Shown: piece by piece, positions 42,500-53,185 of the stretch | Numbering within the stretch: position 1 is the first letter of the stretch | Layout: each line of letters opens with the position of its first letter | Source of the DNA: an uncultured delta proteobacterium | Lineage (GTDB): Bacteria > Myxococcota > Myxococcia > Myxococcales > Anaeromyxobacteraceae | Length of the DNA: 64,000 bases | Assembly (NCBI GenBank): GCA_963766715.1 | Contig: CAVYBH010000008.1 | Span: 828,930-892,929, forward strand | Direction: 5' to 3' | Made by a program: the position numbers and the translations under genes | The notes under the pieces: generated by a model | What the model was told of the DNA's origin: nothing | What the model saw: the letters and a program-made list of their open reading frames with translations, nothing else | The model's database searches: none

Positions 42500-44382
42500 G
42501 GACTCCCCTCACGCTGGCAAGGAGTTCCGACGTTGTGAACGGCTTCGGCAGGAAGTGGGACCTTGCACCGACCGTCCCATCCTCGAAGGCGTCGTGCGTG
42601 TATCCCGAGATGTAGAGAACCGGCAGGTCCTGGTGGCGGCGGCGCAACTCCTCCGCGACTTCACGCCCGTTCTGCCCGGGCAGGATGACATCGGTCACGA
42701 GCAACTGAAGCCGGGCCACCTCGTCCGCCGCCAGGTTTCGAACCTCCCGTCCGTCGGCAGCGACGAGGACTCGATGCCCGGCGGCCCTGAGCGCCCGAGC
42801 CGCGAGTTCCCGGACGGCCGAGTCGTCCTCGACGACGAGGACGGTCTCCCTGCCGGGCAAGGAGACCTTCTTCGGTGGGGGGACCTTGGTCTCCTGGACG
42901 AGATCGGACTTGCGAGGGAAGCAGACCTCGAAGGTGGTCCCCTCCCCTGGGGCACTCACTGCGTGAATGTGCCCACCACTCTGGGTCACGATGCCGTGAA
43001 CCGTCGCGAGGCCGAGGCCCGTTCCCTTCCCCGCGGGCTTGGTGGTGAAGAACGGCTCGAAGAGATGCGCCTTGACCTCCGGTGACATTCCCAGCCCGGA
43101 GTCGCGCACCCACAGGCGGACCCACTGCCCCAATCGACGTTCGGCGTTGTCGGCAGCCTCGGCCGGGCCCACCTCCGCATTCAGCGTCCCGATGACGAGC
43201 GTGCCGCCACCGGGCATCGCATCTCGGGCGTTGACGACGAGGTTGAGCAGCACCTGCTCGACCTGTCCCCGGTCGCAGAACGTGCTCCAGAGTCCGGGCT
43301 GAGTGATCGACGATCAGCTCGACATCCTCGCCGACCAGGCGGCGCAGCATGTGCTCGCTGCTCCGGACCACGTCGTTGAGGTCGAGAAGCTCGGGCGCGA
43401 CCACCTGCTTTCGCGCGAAGGCGAGCAGGTGGCGGGTGAGCGTCCGTGCGCGCTCACCGGCGGCGGCGATGTCGTCGACGAGTTCCGCGTCGGCCGGCGC
43501 ACCCTTCTTCACGTCGCGCTTCAACTCCTCGGTGGCGGACAGGATCACGGTCAGCAGGTTGTTGAAGTCGTGGGCCACGCCGCCAGCCAGCCTGCCCACG
43601 CTCTCCAGCTTCTGCGCGTGGTGGAACTGCTCCTCCATCTGGCGCTGCTTCGTCACGTCCCGGGCGTTCACCACGATTCCCTTCACGGCCGGGTCGTTCA
43701 AGAGGTTGCGGCCGGTTGCCTCGACCAGGTGCCAGCTTGCATCGTGGTGTCGAAAGTGAGCCGAGATGCTCGACAGGGAGCCCGGAACTTCGATGACGGT
43801 GCCGACGGCCCTCATGACTTCCGGCTGGTCGTCGGGGTGAACGTAGGCGAGCACCGACGTTCCAAGGACCTCCTCGCTCCGCCAGCCGAGTTCGTCGGTC
43901 ACGCTGGGGCTGAGGAACTGGACGTTGGCCTGCTCGTCGATCACGACGATCATGTCCGTCGCCTTCTCGATCAGGGCGCGGAATCGTGCCTCGCTGCGTC
44001 GCAGGGCTTCCGTCACCCGCTTCTGCTCCGTGATGACGTCGAACACCGCGACGAAGTGCTGGATCTCGGGGCTGTACACCGAGACCGAGAACCACATCTG
44101 GAGAGCCTCGACGTACCTCTCGAACTTCTGAGGCTGGCCGGTTCGGGCGACCTTGCTGTAGAGATCGAGAAGCGCGGCGTCGGTTTCCCGAATGCCCGGG
44201 ATGACCTCCGATACCTTCTTCCCCACGACATCTTTCAGGCCGGTCAAGGTCTCGAAGGCTTCGTTGACCTCCAGGTAGACGAAGTCGTGCGGAGAGGGGC
44301 CGTCCGTGAGCACCTTGCAGTAGGCGAGCCCGTTCAACATGTTGTTGAACAGGGACCGATAGTGCGTCGCTCCGAGAATCAC
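42465..44382 (-). CDS. PAS-PAS hybrid histidine kinase with REC (frameshift near 43300)
   Basis: GTGA overlap with the DGC stop; [31 protein letters not shown]. Confidence 0.9.
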
Positions 44383-46595
44383 GCTGGCCTCACCAGGTCT
44401 TGCGCTGACGGCTTGGGAAGGTCTCCCACCACCGGCTCTGCGCGACACACCTGGTTCCGGCCCGTCTGCTTCGCCCGGTACAGCGCTGCGTCGGCACGCT
44501 GGAGAAGGGACTCGACCGTGTCGTCCGCGCGGAGTTCGGCGACACCGAAGCTCGCGGTCAGCGATTCCTTCGGCCCGAGGTGGGTCACCGCCATGATGGA
44601 ACGGAGCTTCTCCGCCAGGCTGGATGCACCTTCCTCCGTGGTCACCGGCGCGATCACGGCGAACTCCTCGCCTCCCCAGCGCGCCACCGCGTCCGAATCC
44701 CGAACGCACGATGACAGCAGCTTCGCGGTGCGGACCAGCACCTGATCTCCGACCGGATGGCCGAACTCGTCGTTCACCTTCTTGAAGTGGTCGATGTCGG
44801 CGATGACGACGGAAAGGGGGTGCCGGTAGCGCCGGGCCCGACCGAACTCACGGGAAATCGCCTCGTTGAATCCCATCCGGTTGAGCACGCCGGTGAGCGC
44901 GTCCGTGTCTGCCCGACGTGCCATCTCGCGCGCGCGCCCTTCGGCCTCGTGCCTCTTGGCGGTGATGTAGGTCTCCGCGCCGAGCTGGCGCTGCATCGCA
45001 ACGAAGTAGGTCAGGACGACCGCACAGAGAAGTAGCGTGATGACAATCCCGAGGAGGCGGTTTGCGACCTGGGTCCTCTCTTTCTTGAACACGACAAGGG
45101 ACCAGTCCGAATTCGGAATCGGGCGGCGAACGGCGACATGCGTCTGACCCTCCAGGGAAACCCAGTCCGTCCCCTTCACTTCGTGATCCAGGATGGCCGA
45201 GGCGGTTCCCCGACCAGAGACCGCTTGATCCGTTCGTGGAACAATCCGGCCTGGCTTCCAGAGAAAGCGCCCGGGGGCGCCTGGCCGACTCGCGACCATC
45301 ACCCGGCCATCGGGCGAGACGATGCAAGCATCGTCGACTCCCGCGGGACCGAGCTGATCTGCGGCGAGATTCTGCTTCACGACCGCGACCGCCACGATAC
45401 GTCCCGCGCCATCTCGGACTGGCTCGCTGGCGTAATACCCGGGCACCCCACTCACGAGGCCCACGCCCGTGAACCGGCCCGGGCTTCCGTCGTGCGCCGC
45501 CTCGAAGTAAGGCCGCGACGCGAAGTTCCTCCCTTGAAAGCTGTCCTCCTGGGCTCGATTCGAGGTGGCGATGGTCTTGCCGGTGGAATCGAGCACGTAG
45601 ACGACGGAGTCTTCGGAGCTGACGGCGAGCGAGTCCACGACTCCATCGAGGCGGGAAGCGTCGATGCCCGCCTCCGCAACGTGATAGCGACCGAGCAACT
45701 CCGCGAGCGACCGGGCACTGCGCTCCGCCCCCTGCATCTCCATCAGCAGGTGGTCGTAGGTCTGGGAGGCGGATGCCTCGGCGTCGTGAATCACGTCCTG
45801 CTCGTGCAGGTGTCCGAGCCTGTCCGTGAAGAGCCAGCCGGCGGCGAGCAGCGCGACGATGGTGGAGGCCATCGCCCAGAACAAGACGCGCTTCTTTCGA
45901 AGGACGCGCCCCTTCGGGTCGGAGGAGACCGCCAGGGCCCAGACGGACAGCGCGATTCCGCTGACCAGCAGGCCGCGGACGAGCTGAACGGGAATTCCCG
46001 TCCACGAGAGGAAGGTCTCCGGGCTTGGCCACTGCTCCGCCACGAACGGCGCCGCGGGGACGACGAGGCCAGCAGCCATTCCGAACGCCGTGAAGAACGC
46101 CCCCCCGGCCACCCGTGCGCGCCAAGATGCTGCGCCTCCCCCGAGTTCCTCGGTGCGGGAAGCGGCCAGGAAGAAGAGCGATGCCGTCCAGAAGGCCGCT
46201 GGGGCCCCGATGAAGAGGCGGACCGCTGAATCGAGGCCCGCCGTTCCCGCAATCACCCCGACACCCACTACTGCGGCGCCCACTGGGAGATAGACCCAGG
46301 TGCCTGGCGTCGCCTCTCGGAGAACCCCGGTCGTCCGGCGGGCGAACTCGAGCAAGATGAGAAAGCTCGCCGCGATGAACGACGACCGCACGAGACCGAA
46401 GGACGGGGAGTCTCCTCCGGTGAGCGCGTACAAGCTGAGCCATTCCGCCGCGCCGTGGACGAAGGCGAAGGTACCCAGCAACCACCACGGCGTCGGGAGC
46501 GACGCCGACCGCGACATCGACACGCAGACCGACCCGAGCAGGAAGAGGACCAGCCCGAAGAAGAAGTAGATGTAGTCGAGCTGCGCGACGAGCAT
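44379..46595 (-). CDS. membrane sensor diguanylate cyclase (multi-TM + Cache + GGDEF)
   Basis: DALTG, DIDHFKKVND.FGH..GD, RDSD I-site, RWGGEEF. Confidence 0.95.
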   Translation of the reverse strand: MLVAQLDYIYFFFGLVLFLLGSVCVSMSRSASLPTPWWLLGTFAFVHGAAEWLSLYALTGGDSPSFGLVRSSFIAASFLILLEFARRTTGVLREATPGTWVYLPVGAAVVGVGVIAGTAGLDSAVRLFIGAPAAFWTASLFFLAASRTEELGGGAASWRARVAGGAFFTAFGMAAGLVVPAAPFVAEQWPSPETFLSWTGIPVQLVRGLLVSGIALSVWALAVSSDPKGRVLRKKRVLFWAMASTIVALLAAGWLFTDRLGHLHEQDVIHDAEASASQTYDHLLMEMQGAERSARSLAELLGRYHVAEAGIDASRLDGVVDSLAVSSEDSVVYVLDSTGKTIATSNRAQEDSFQGRNFASRPYFEAAHDGSPGRFTGVGLVSGVPGYYASEPVRDGAGRIVAVAVVKQNLAADQLGPAGVDDACIVSPDGRVMVASRPGAPGRFLWKPGRIVPRTDQAVSGRGTASAILDHEVKGTDWVSLEGQTHVAVRRPIPNSDWSLVVFKKERTQVANRLLGIVITLLLCAVVLTYFVAMQRQLGAETYITAKRHEAEGRAREMARRADTDALTGVLNRMGFNEAISREFGRARRYRHPLSVVIADIDHFKKVNDEFGHPVGDQVLVRTAKLLSSCVRDSDAVARWGGEEFAVIAPVTTEEGASSLAEKLRSIMAVTHLGPKESLTASFGVAELRADDTVESLLQRADAALYRAKQTGRNQVCRAEPVVGDLPKPSAQDLVRPA

Positions 46596-46817
46596 CCCCG
46601 GTCCATGCCACCCATTGGAGCTCAGTCTGCCTCGCCGTCAGTGACCCGATGGTCGTGGATCGCAACCTCTGTGGAGTTCACAGAGAGCCCCTTGTTTGCC
46701 ACCCAGTCGAGATGTCACGACTCCCAGCGGCACTTTGTCCAGCCTGCGTCCATGCTGGCCCCTAGGGGGTATGGGTGTCCTGGACCCAGGCGAGCATGCG
46801 TCTCGCTGCACACGGGC

Positions 46818-47325
46818 CTAGCGGACGAGGATGCTGCGCGTTGATGAGGCCGTGCACCAGCGACGCCGCCATGGACTCAGCCGCATCCTGTGCCGTGCTG
46901 AAGTTGGACGTGCTGGAAACGCCGCTCCAGATGGGGGACTCCGAACTGGTCTTGGCTGCATAGACGTTGATGTCGACCGATCCGTACCAGGCACCGGAGG
47001 GGGTGACGAGGCGGAGAACGACCACGAGATCGACACCCATCTTCTTCGCGTAGGCGTCAATCAGGTCGTTGGGCGACGCTCCAGGGGGGACGACGCCGCT
47101 CGACGTAGCGACCTCGAAGTCCCTCTTGATGAGCGACCGGGCGACGGCGTTCTCGAAGGCCAGCCGGTCTCCGGCGAAGGGAATGACGCCGACGACCAGG
47201 ACTCGCTTGATGGGCGCGGGCCTGTAATTCGGTTCGCGCCAGACCTGGACGAGGTTGGTCGTTGCGCATGACGTGAGCGCCAGCGCGGCAAGGCCCATGG
47301 CAGTCGGTAGGAGCAGGCGCTTCAT
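46818..47325 (-). CDS. lipoprotein, paralogue of 3417..4007 (3' end uncertain: 46818 with frameshift, or 46762)
   Basis: LTSC lipobox; VQVWREP...VLVVG...FEN...IWSGVS. Confidence 0.7.
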
Positions 47326-47442
47326 CGAGGCTCCACCTCACGGAGCCATTCTACATCCAACGCGGCGTGGACTTCGCTTGCCACGGCTGACGCCGAACTC
47401 GATGAGGGTCGGTCGGACCGACTTCCTCCGGGCGGAATCGCG

Positions 47443-47763
47443 TCAGCTGAACATCTTGAGCCCGACCACTCCCGCGACGATGAGGGCGGCCGAAGCGATG
47501 CGGAGGGAGCCGGCCGGGTCACCGTAGGCGACGATGCCCAGCGCGAACGTGCCCACTGCGCCGATGCCTGTCCAGACGGCGTAGGCCGTGCCCATGGGAA
47601 TCTGCCTTTGTGCCAGGAGCAGGAGCGCTCCGCTCAGCCCGATGCACGCCACCGCGACGCCAATCCATGGCCACCGGATGCCGTCGTGCGTCCAGCCCAT
47701 CTTGAGCCCCACCGGCCAGCCGATCTCGGCCAGCCCGGCGAGGACGAGGTACGTCCATGCCAT
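47443..47763 (-). CDS. SMR-family transporter (SugE/Gdx-like)
   Basis: MAW..L.LAG..EIGW..GLK...IPMGTAYAVWTGIGAVG. Confidence 0.92.
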   Translation of the reverse strand: MAWTYLVLAGLAEIGWPVGLKMGWTHDGIRWPWIGVAVACIGLSGALLLLAQRQIPMGTAYAVWTGIGAVGTFALGIVAYGDPAGSLRIASAALIVAGVVGLKMFS

Positions 47764-47945
47764 GAGGCACCCTCTCCCTTGTCGTTGCGCCCCGAAACCC
47801 TGCCATGGGTGCGAACAGGGCACAGCCATCGACCGCAGGAACGACCCACCTGAGATCCGGGCCATCCATGGTGGGTGCGAATATTCATGTCGCATCGAGG
47901 CCAGATCGGGCTGATCGGCTCTTCTCCCGCACACCGGACCGCACC

Positions 47946-48785
47946 GTGACCAAGAGTACGTGGGTAGGGCGCTACCTCTCCCTGATTGGCGTCGAGCACG
48001 AAGCTCCCGGGCTCGAGGGCCTTGGACGGCTGGTCCGGGCCCACACCCGCAAGGTTCCCTTCGAGAACTCCGCCTCGCTCCTGCGTCGCCACGAGGCTGG
48101 CGCAGGTCCGGTCCCGCCCCTCGACCCCGAGACCCTCCTGGTGTCCTGGGAGGCGGGGCGCGCCGGCGGAGTGTGCTTCGAGCACACGGAGATGTTCGGG
48201 CGGCTTCTGGTCGAGCTCGGTTACGTCGTCACCCCGATCGCCGGGGAGATCTCCTTCCCGGGTTCACACCAGGCACTCGTCGTCGACCAGGACGGCGCGC
48301 GCTGGCTCGTGGATGTCGGGAACGGCGCCCCGTTCTTCGAGCCATTCCCGCTCAATCGACGGTTCGAGATCCAGCGGGTCGGCCTCGGCTACAGGTTCAA
48401 CGCCGATCCTGACAATCCAGGCGTCTGGATCCAGGAGCGGGCGCTGGAGGGCGGGTGGAAGCCCTACTGTCGGTACCTTCTCCGACCCCAGTCCCCGGAG
48501 GACCGGGAAACCGCGTACCAGCGGCACCACCGGCCGCGCGATACCTGGGTCACCAACTCGCTCGTCCTCATCAGAAGCCGTGAGGAGGAGGTGCTGGTGT
48601 TCCGGAACATGGACCAGCACCGTTACACGCCCAGCGGCAAGGTCTCGGTGCGAGTCGAGGACCCCGAGGGATGGGCCCGCCTGCCAGGATTGCTTGGCTT
48701 GCCGGCGCTTCCGGTCTTCGAGGTCGTCCGTGCCTGGGCCGCCATCAACGGTCAAGCCCTGCCGAAGGGCATCCGAGGGGCGTAG
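47946..48785 (+). CDS. arylamine N-acetyltransferase family
   Basis: H...VPFEN, RAGGVCFE, SHQAL, DVGNG (Cys-His-Asp triad). Confidence 0.9.
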   Translation: MTKSTWVGRYLSLIGVEHEAPGLEGLGRLVRAHTRKVPFENSASLLRRHEAGAGPVPPLDPETLLVSWEAGRAGGVCFEHTEMFGRLLVELGYVVTPIAGEISFPGSHQALVVDQDGARWLVDVGNGAPFFEPFPLNRRFEIQRVGLGYRFNADPDNPGVWIQERALEGGWKPYCRYLLRPQSPEDRETAYQRHHRPRDTWVTNSLVLIRSREEEVLVFRNMDQHRYTPSGKVSVRVEDPEGWARLPGLLGLPALPVFEVVRAWAAINGQALPKGIRGA

Positions 48786-48919
48786 GGCGCAGATGAACCT
48801 GGGCGCGTTCATGCGCCCATGAGGGCGCCTCGCCAATCTCATGCATCCCGGTTCGCCGTGGGGGCCTCTGTCTCCTCGGGGGGAGAGGGAACGAAAACAA
48901 CACATAGCGTCTTTTGTTC

Positions 48920-48948
48920 TTGACGTTATGTTAGTTATACATTACATC
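48920..48948 (+). promoter_or_regulatory. sigma-70 promoter overlapped by a palindromic operator
   Basis: TTGACG-17-TACATC; ATGT-N12-ACAT at 48928-48947 in an AT-rich island. Confidence 0.6.
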
Positions 48949-48982
48949 ATGACAAATCCGATGAACAAGGAGCTCACCCCCC

Positions 48983-49411
48983 ATGCCCTATCGTGAAAAG
49001 ATCGCCTGGCTGTCGCTGGTCGGCATGGCCGCCTGCTACGGCCCCTACTTCGCGTTCACCCACCAGTCGCCCCTGCTTGACCAACCGCTCCCCAACCTCA
49101 GACTGATGACCCTGTTCGCAGCGGCGGCGGGGGGGAACGCGGTGTGGGCCTTGCTGGGCCGGCTGTTCCTGCGGATGACCACGCCCCGCGACGAGCGCGG
49201 CGCCGCCGACGAACGCGACCAGGCGGTCGACCGCCGCGCCAATACCGTCGCCTACTACGTCCTGATCGGCTGCGCGCTCTACGTCGGCTGCTTCATGCCC
49301 TTCACCTCGTCCGGCTGGCACATCGTCAACGCCATGGTCGCCTCCGTGGTCCTCGCCGAGCTGCTCCGCTACGCACTGATCGTGCTGGGTTATCGCCGGG
49401 GCCTCGAATGA
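48983..49411 (+). CDS. 4-TM membrane protein with DERD motif (DUF2178-like)
   Basis: AAGGAG RBS; hydrophobic segments; ADERD...RRA. Confidence 0.8.
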   Translation: MPYREKIAWLSLVGMAACYGPYFAFTHQSPLLDQPLPNLRLMTLFAAAAGGNAVWALLGRLFLRMTTPRDERGAADERDQAVDRRANTVAYYVLIGCALYVGCFMPFTSSGWHIVNAMVASVVLAELLRYALIVLGYRRGLE

Positions 49412-49626
49412 CCCGCGGAAAGATCGTCAACCAGATCCGCACCCTGCGCTTCCTCCACGGCGAGATGAGTCAGACGGACCTGGGCCAGGCCATCGGCGTC
49501 ACCCGCCAGACCATCGCCGCGATCGAGGCAGGCAAGTATTCACCCACCCTGGAAGCCGCCTTCCGCATCGCCCAGGTGTTCGGCAAGCCACTGGACGAGG
49601 TGTTTCAGTGGGACGCGGAGCTGTAG
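49408..49626 (+). CDS. Cro/C1 (XRE) HTH regulator
   Basis: N.IR.LR...SQ.DL...IGVTRQTIAAIE.GKYSP.LE.AFRIA; ATGA overlap. Confidence 0.93.
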   Translation: MTRGKIVNQIRTLRFLHGEMSQTDLGQAIGVTRQTIAAIEAGKYSPTLEAAFRIAQVFGKPLDEVFQWDAEL

Positions 49627-49709
49627 GCGCGGCATGCGCGGACGGCCCACCTCGAGGTTCACGGGCGGGCATAGGCGAATCCTGCACAGGCCGGAGGGGC
49701 CGGTCTCTT

Positions 49710-50658
49710 CTACTGCTTCGTCGCGAACTTGACCGATTGCCAGCCGCCTGCCGCGACGAGGCGGAGACCGGACCAGTTCCTGGCCCTGACGCGGCCGTCC
49801 AGGAAGTTCCGCAGCTTCTTCGTCGCGCGCGCCTCCAGCTGCCGCGCACGCTCGCGCCCACAGCCGAGCTTCTCGCCGACGGCCTGGAGGGTGAGCGGGG
49901 GCTCGCTCATGATCCGGAGGTCGACGACCAGGCGCTCCCGCTCGTCGAGGCAGCCGAGTGCGGCGCGCACCCGGCGGCAGTCGATGGCGCTCTCCTCGGC
50001 CATGGCGAGGACTTCGTCCTGGCCGGCGTCGCCGGACGGCAAGTTGGAGATCCCGGACTCCTCGTTGCCGGGGGTCGATGCGTCGAGGGATACGTCCCGC
50101 CGGTCGAGGCGCCGGCGCATCTCGTCGATGACTCGTGGCTCCACGCCGAAGCAGCGCGCCAGCATGGGAACGATCTTCGTCGTGGCCTCGTCGTCGGAGG
50201 GGTCGAGCTGCTTCGAGAATCTCCTTCTCCTTCCGGGAGAGCGAGAAGAAGAGGCGACGCTGTGCGGTGGTCGTGCCCAGCTTGACGAGCGACCAGGTGT
50301 GCAGGATGTGGTTCAGGATCCGGGACCGGATCCAGGTGGTGGCGTAGGAGACGAGCCGGACGTCCTTGTCGGGGTCGAAGCGCTCCACCGCCTGCATGAG
50401 GCCCAGGTTCCCCTCCTGGACGAGGTCCGCCAGCCGCCGCGGGTCGGAGCAATGCTCGCGTGCGATGCGCACGACGAATCGGAGGTTGGACGTCACGAGC
50501 CGCTGGGCGGCCCGCCGGTCGCCGGTCTGGCGATAGGTCCGGGCGAGATCCCGCTCCTCTTCCCGGGACAGCAACGGGATCCTCCGGACCTCGGACAGGT
50601 ACTGCTCGAATGCCTGGCCCCGCTCGGCAGAAGCGTTCACGGCGATCCTCCCCTCCAC
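49710..50658 (-). CDS. RpoH/sigma-32-like sigma factor (frameshift near 50215)
   Basis: LVTSNLRFVV, DLVQEGNLGLMQAVERFDP, RpoH box TTAQRRLFFSL, region 4 RERARQLE. Confidence 0.9.
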
Positions 50659-50988
50659 CCGGACCGACCCCGGCCGGGCTGCGGCAATTCGCCGCAGTGG
50701 ACCAATCTCGCTGCGAGGCCGGTGTCATCCCAGTACCGAGCGACCGGGACTAAAGTGTCGCTCGCACGGCGGCTGCGCCGAGAAGGAGCCCGAGGCCAGC
50801 GCGGGACAAACGACCGACGTCACGTGGGTAGAAATTACTGTCCCCCGCTCGCCAGAATTCACTCTACGTGACGTCGGAGCCAGTGTAGTCCCAGATGGGG
50901 CCAATCACGGACGCTTTCGAGCCCGGCGCTCCGAGGTCTCGACGAGCAGGGCGTGGCCGCTCGGTGACTCGCGCGCTTCCATCGCCCT

Positions 50989-51329
50989 TCACGACGCCAT
51001 CCGGTGGACCGATGCGAGGACGTCCTCCACCTCGAACGGCTTGGGAATGACGGCGGCCACCTCCGTGGCGCACTCGAACGCCGAGATGACGAGCACCGGA
51101 ATCCGGCCCAGCAACTCGTGCTGCGACAGCACCTCCAGAAACTGCCAGCCGCTCATGATCGGCATCATCAGGTCGAGAAGGATGAGGTCAGGCCACCCGA
51201 GGAGCACCTGCCGGAGGGCGTCCTGTCCGTCGCAGGCGGACGAGACCTGGTAGCCGTCTCCTTCCAGAAGTTCCACCAACAAGTCCCGGATGTCCCGCTC
51301 GTCCTCGATGACGAGGACTCGCGAGCCAT
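50989..51329 (-). CDS. single-domain response regulator (start uncertain)
   Basis: VLVIEDE...PDLILLDLMMP.MSG...SA...KPF. Confidence 0.85.
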
Positions 51330-51484
51330 GGACAGGCTCCGGCGGAAGCCGGCCTTTGGCGAACCCCGTTTCCAATCGCACGGCCAACGCCCTCCTGCTG
51401 GAACGGTGTTCATCATCTGTCCCGAAGGCCACCCCATCCGGGGAAAACACGGGTCGACCCTGGCCATGATGGGCGCCCCCCCCA

Positions 51485-51565
51485 GGGGGACGACACCGCT
51501 CGACGTGGCGACCTCGAAGCCCCTCTTGATGAGCGACTGGGCGACGGGGTTCTCGAAGGCCAGCC
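51485..51565 (-). repeat. 81-bp copy of an internal segment of the lipoprotein gene (47085..47165)
   Basis: Ungapped, 5 mismatches by eye. Confidence 0.9.
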
Positions 51566-51571
51566 AATCTC

Positions 51572-52135
51572 TCACTTCACGGCGGGCTTCGGGGCGGGCG
51601 GATTCTCGCTGGACGGCGGGACCAACCCCTTGATCCGCATGTAGGTCACCATGTTCCCGTAGTGCTCGAACTCGTGACCGATGAGGATCCCGACGAGCGC
51701 GAATCGCGTCGTGTCGAAGCCGAAGAGCGTCAAGCCCGTCGTGAGGGCGGCATCTCCCTGGGCGAAGACGCGGTCGCATGTCGCAACCGACTCCTTCAGC
51801 GCAGCGACGAGGTCCGTCTTGGACGTCTTCGTCTTCTCGACGGTCCATGGCTCGACTTTCTCGCCCAGCGCCATCGAGCACATCATGAAGTTCGAGTCGG
51901 CGAGGTGGCCCACGATCTGCCCGAACGTTCTCACATCGGGTGAAGGCCGGAATCCATAGTGCTCCTCCGGCATCTTCTCCGCCGCGCGCACCGCGATGTC
52001 CTTCGCCCGGCTCCAGGGCATCTTCAGCCCGGCGGAGGCTGGGTTCGGGACCGGCGCGGCGGCGGCTCCATCCGCCTGGGCCATAGCTGGAAGAACGAGC
52101 AACCCGATGAGTGCTGCTGACGTGGCGATCTTCAT
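51572..52135 (-). CDS. exported DinB/YfiT-family protein
   Basis: Signal peptide; MPEE.Y.FRP...RTFG....H...HEFEHYG....Y.R.KG.VPP. Confidence 0.88.
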   Translation of the reverse strand: MKIATSAALIGLLVLPAMAQADGAAAAPVPNPASAGLKMPWSRAKDIAVRAAEKMPEEHYGFRPSPDVRTFGQIVGHLADSNFMMCSMALGEKVEPWTVEKTKTSKTDLVAALKESVATCDRVFAQGDAALTTGLTLFGFDTTRFALVGILIGHEFEHYGNMVTYMRIKGLVPPSSENPPAPKPAVK

Positions 52136-52459
52136 GTGGACGTTCTGGCCAGGCGCCGACCGAAAATCCAGAGAATCGTCCCTCTCCGGGCCCGACTCCC
52201 GCGACGGACACCGGTGACCCGTCTTCGGGCTCGATTGCTCGCGCCTTCGGCCCCGCCTATCGGCACGCTCTCCTCCTCGAAGATCCGTTTGTGCGGCACC
52301 CCTCCTCGTCATCGTGTAAGGGGGTCGTCGAGAAACAACTGCACCTCCCGAAACAGCTCCATTGCCCGCGTCACATTTTCCCGTCGAAGGGGTGGCACCC
52401 CCGAGCTTGGCCGATAGACCGCTGCGTCTCGACGTAGTGATCGGAGAAGTGAGGGCACG

Positions 52460-52717
52460 ATGCTTCCATGGACAGCGTCGCTGAAGATCGGTCTCGAAGA
52501 GATCGACACGCAACACGAGACCCTGTTCGAGGCAGCCGCGGAGTGCACTTCGACTTCCGACGCCAGTTCAACTCGCTGGTGGACCAGTGGAACACGGAGG
52601 GCGAGTCAGAATCCCTTCGGCTGGCCCTGCTGGGGGTTTCTCGAACTTTGGATGGTCGAGCACGTTGCGACGAGCGACCAGCGCATCGGCGACCACCTGC
52701 GTGGGCGGACGGGGTAG
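52460..52717 (+). pseudogene. bacteriohemerythrin, internally deleted and frameshifted
   Basis: W..SL.IG.EEID.QH..LF and W.VEHV..SD present; HF..EE helix missing. Confidence 0.75.
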
Positions 52718-52978
52718 AACTCGCTGGCGCACGCACGGCACGTCCACAGAGCGGGTTTTGACGCCCCGACCCGGGACTATCCGCGTGTCGCCGAGAAGTT
52801 CATGCTCCTCGGTGCCCCGCACGGACACGAGGAGGTTTCGCGAGGCAGGAGACCGGGGTGTGATGGGCCGCGTGCTGCCCTCCACCCGGTCTCATTTCGC
52901 TCCTGGTGCCGCGTTCCTCTCTGCCGTTGTCCGCAAGACAGCACTCTGCAACACCGCCGATGAGCGTAGCATCGCCGG

Positions 52979-53167
52979 ATGAGCGAAGACTCGTCTCCCG
53001 ACATGCATCGAACAAGGCTCATGGCCGTGGACTCGAGCCTCTCTGATGCCCGTCGAGCGCTGCTTCGAGCCGCAGTGATCGAGTCGGAGTTCTCGGTCGA
53101 GTTACGAGCCCTGCTTCTGGCCGTGGCTGATGTGGATCGCAGTGTGATGCGGAAGCTCACGACGTAG
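52979..53167 (+). CDS. hypothetical short helical protein
   Basis: ORF only. Confidence 0.3.
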   Translation: MSEDSSPDMHRTRLMAVDSSLSDARRALLRAAVIESEFSVELRALLLAVADVDRSVMRKLTT

Positions 53168-53185
53168 CCGCCGACCCACGTGGCT

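Noticed and set aside
52309..52450. Possible gene tail ...LFREVQLFLDDPLTR* on the minus strand
   Set aside because: No recognisable family and it overlaps the hemerythrin start region; cannot be supported
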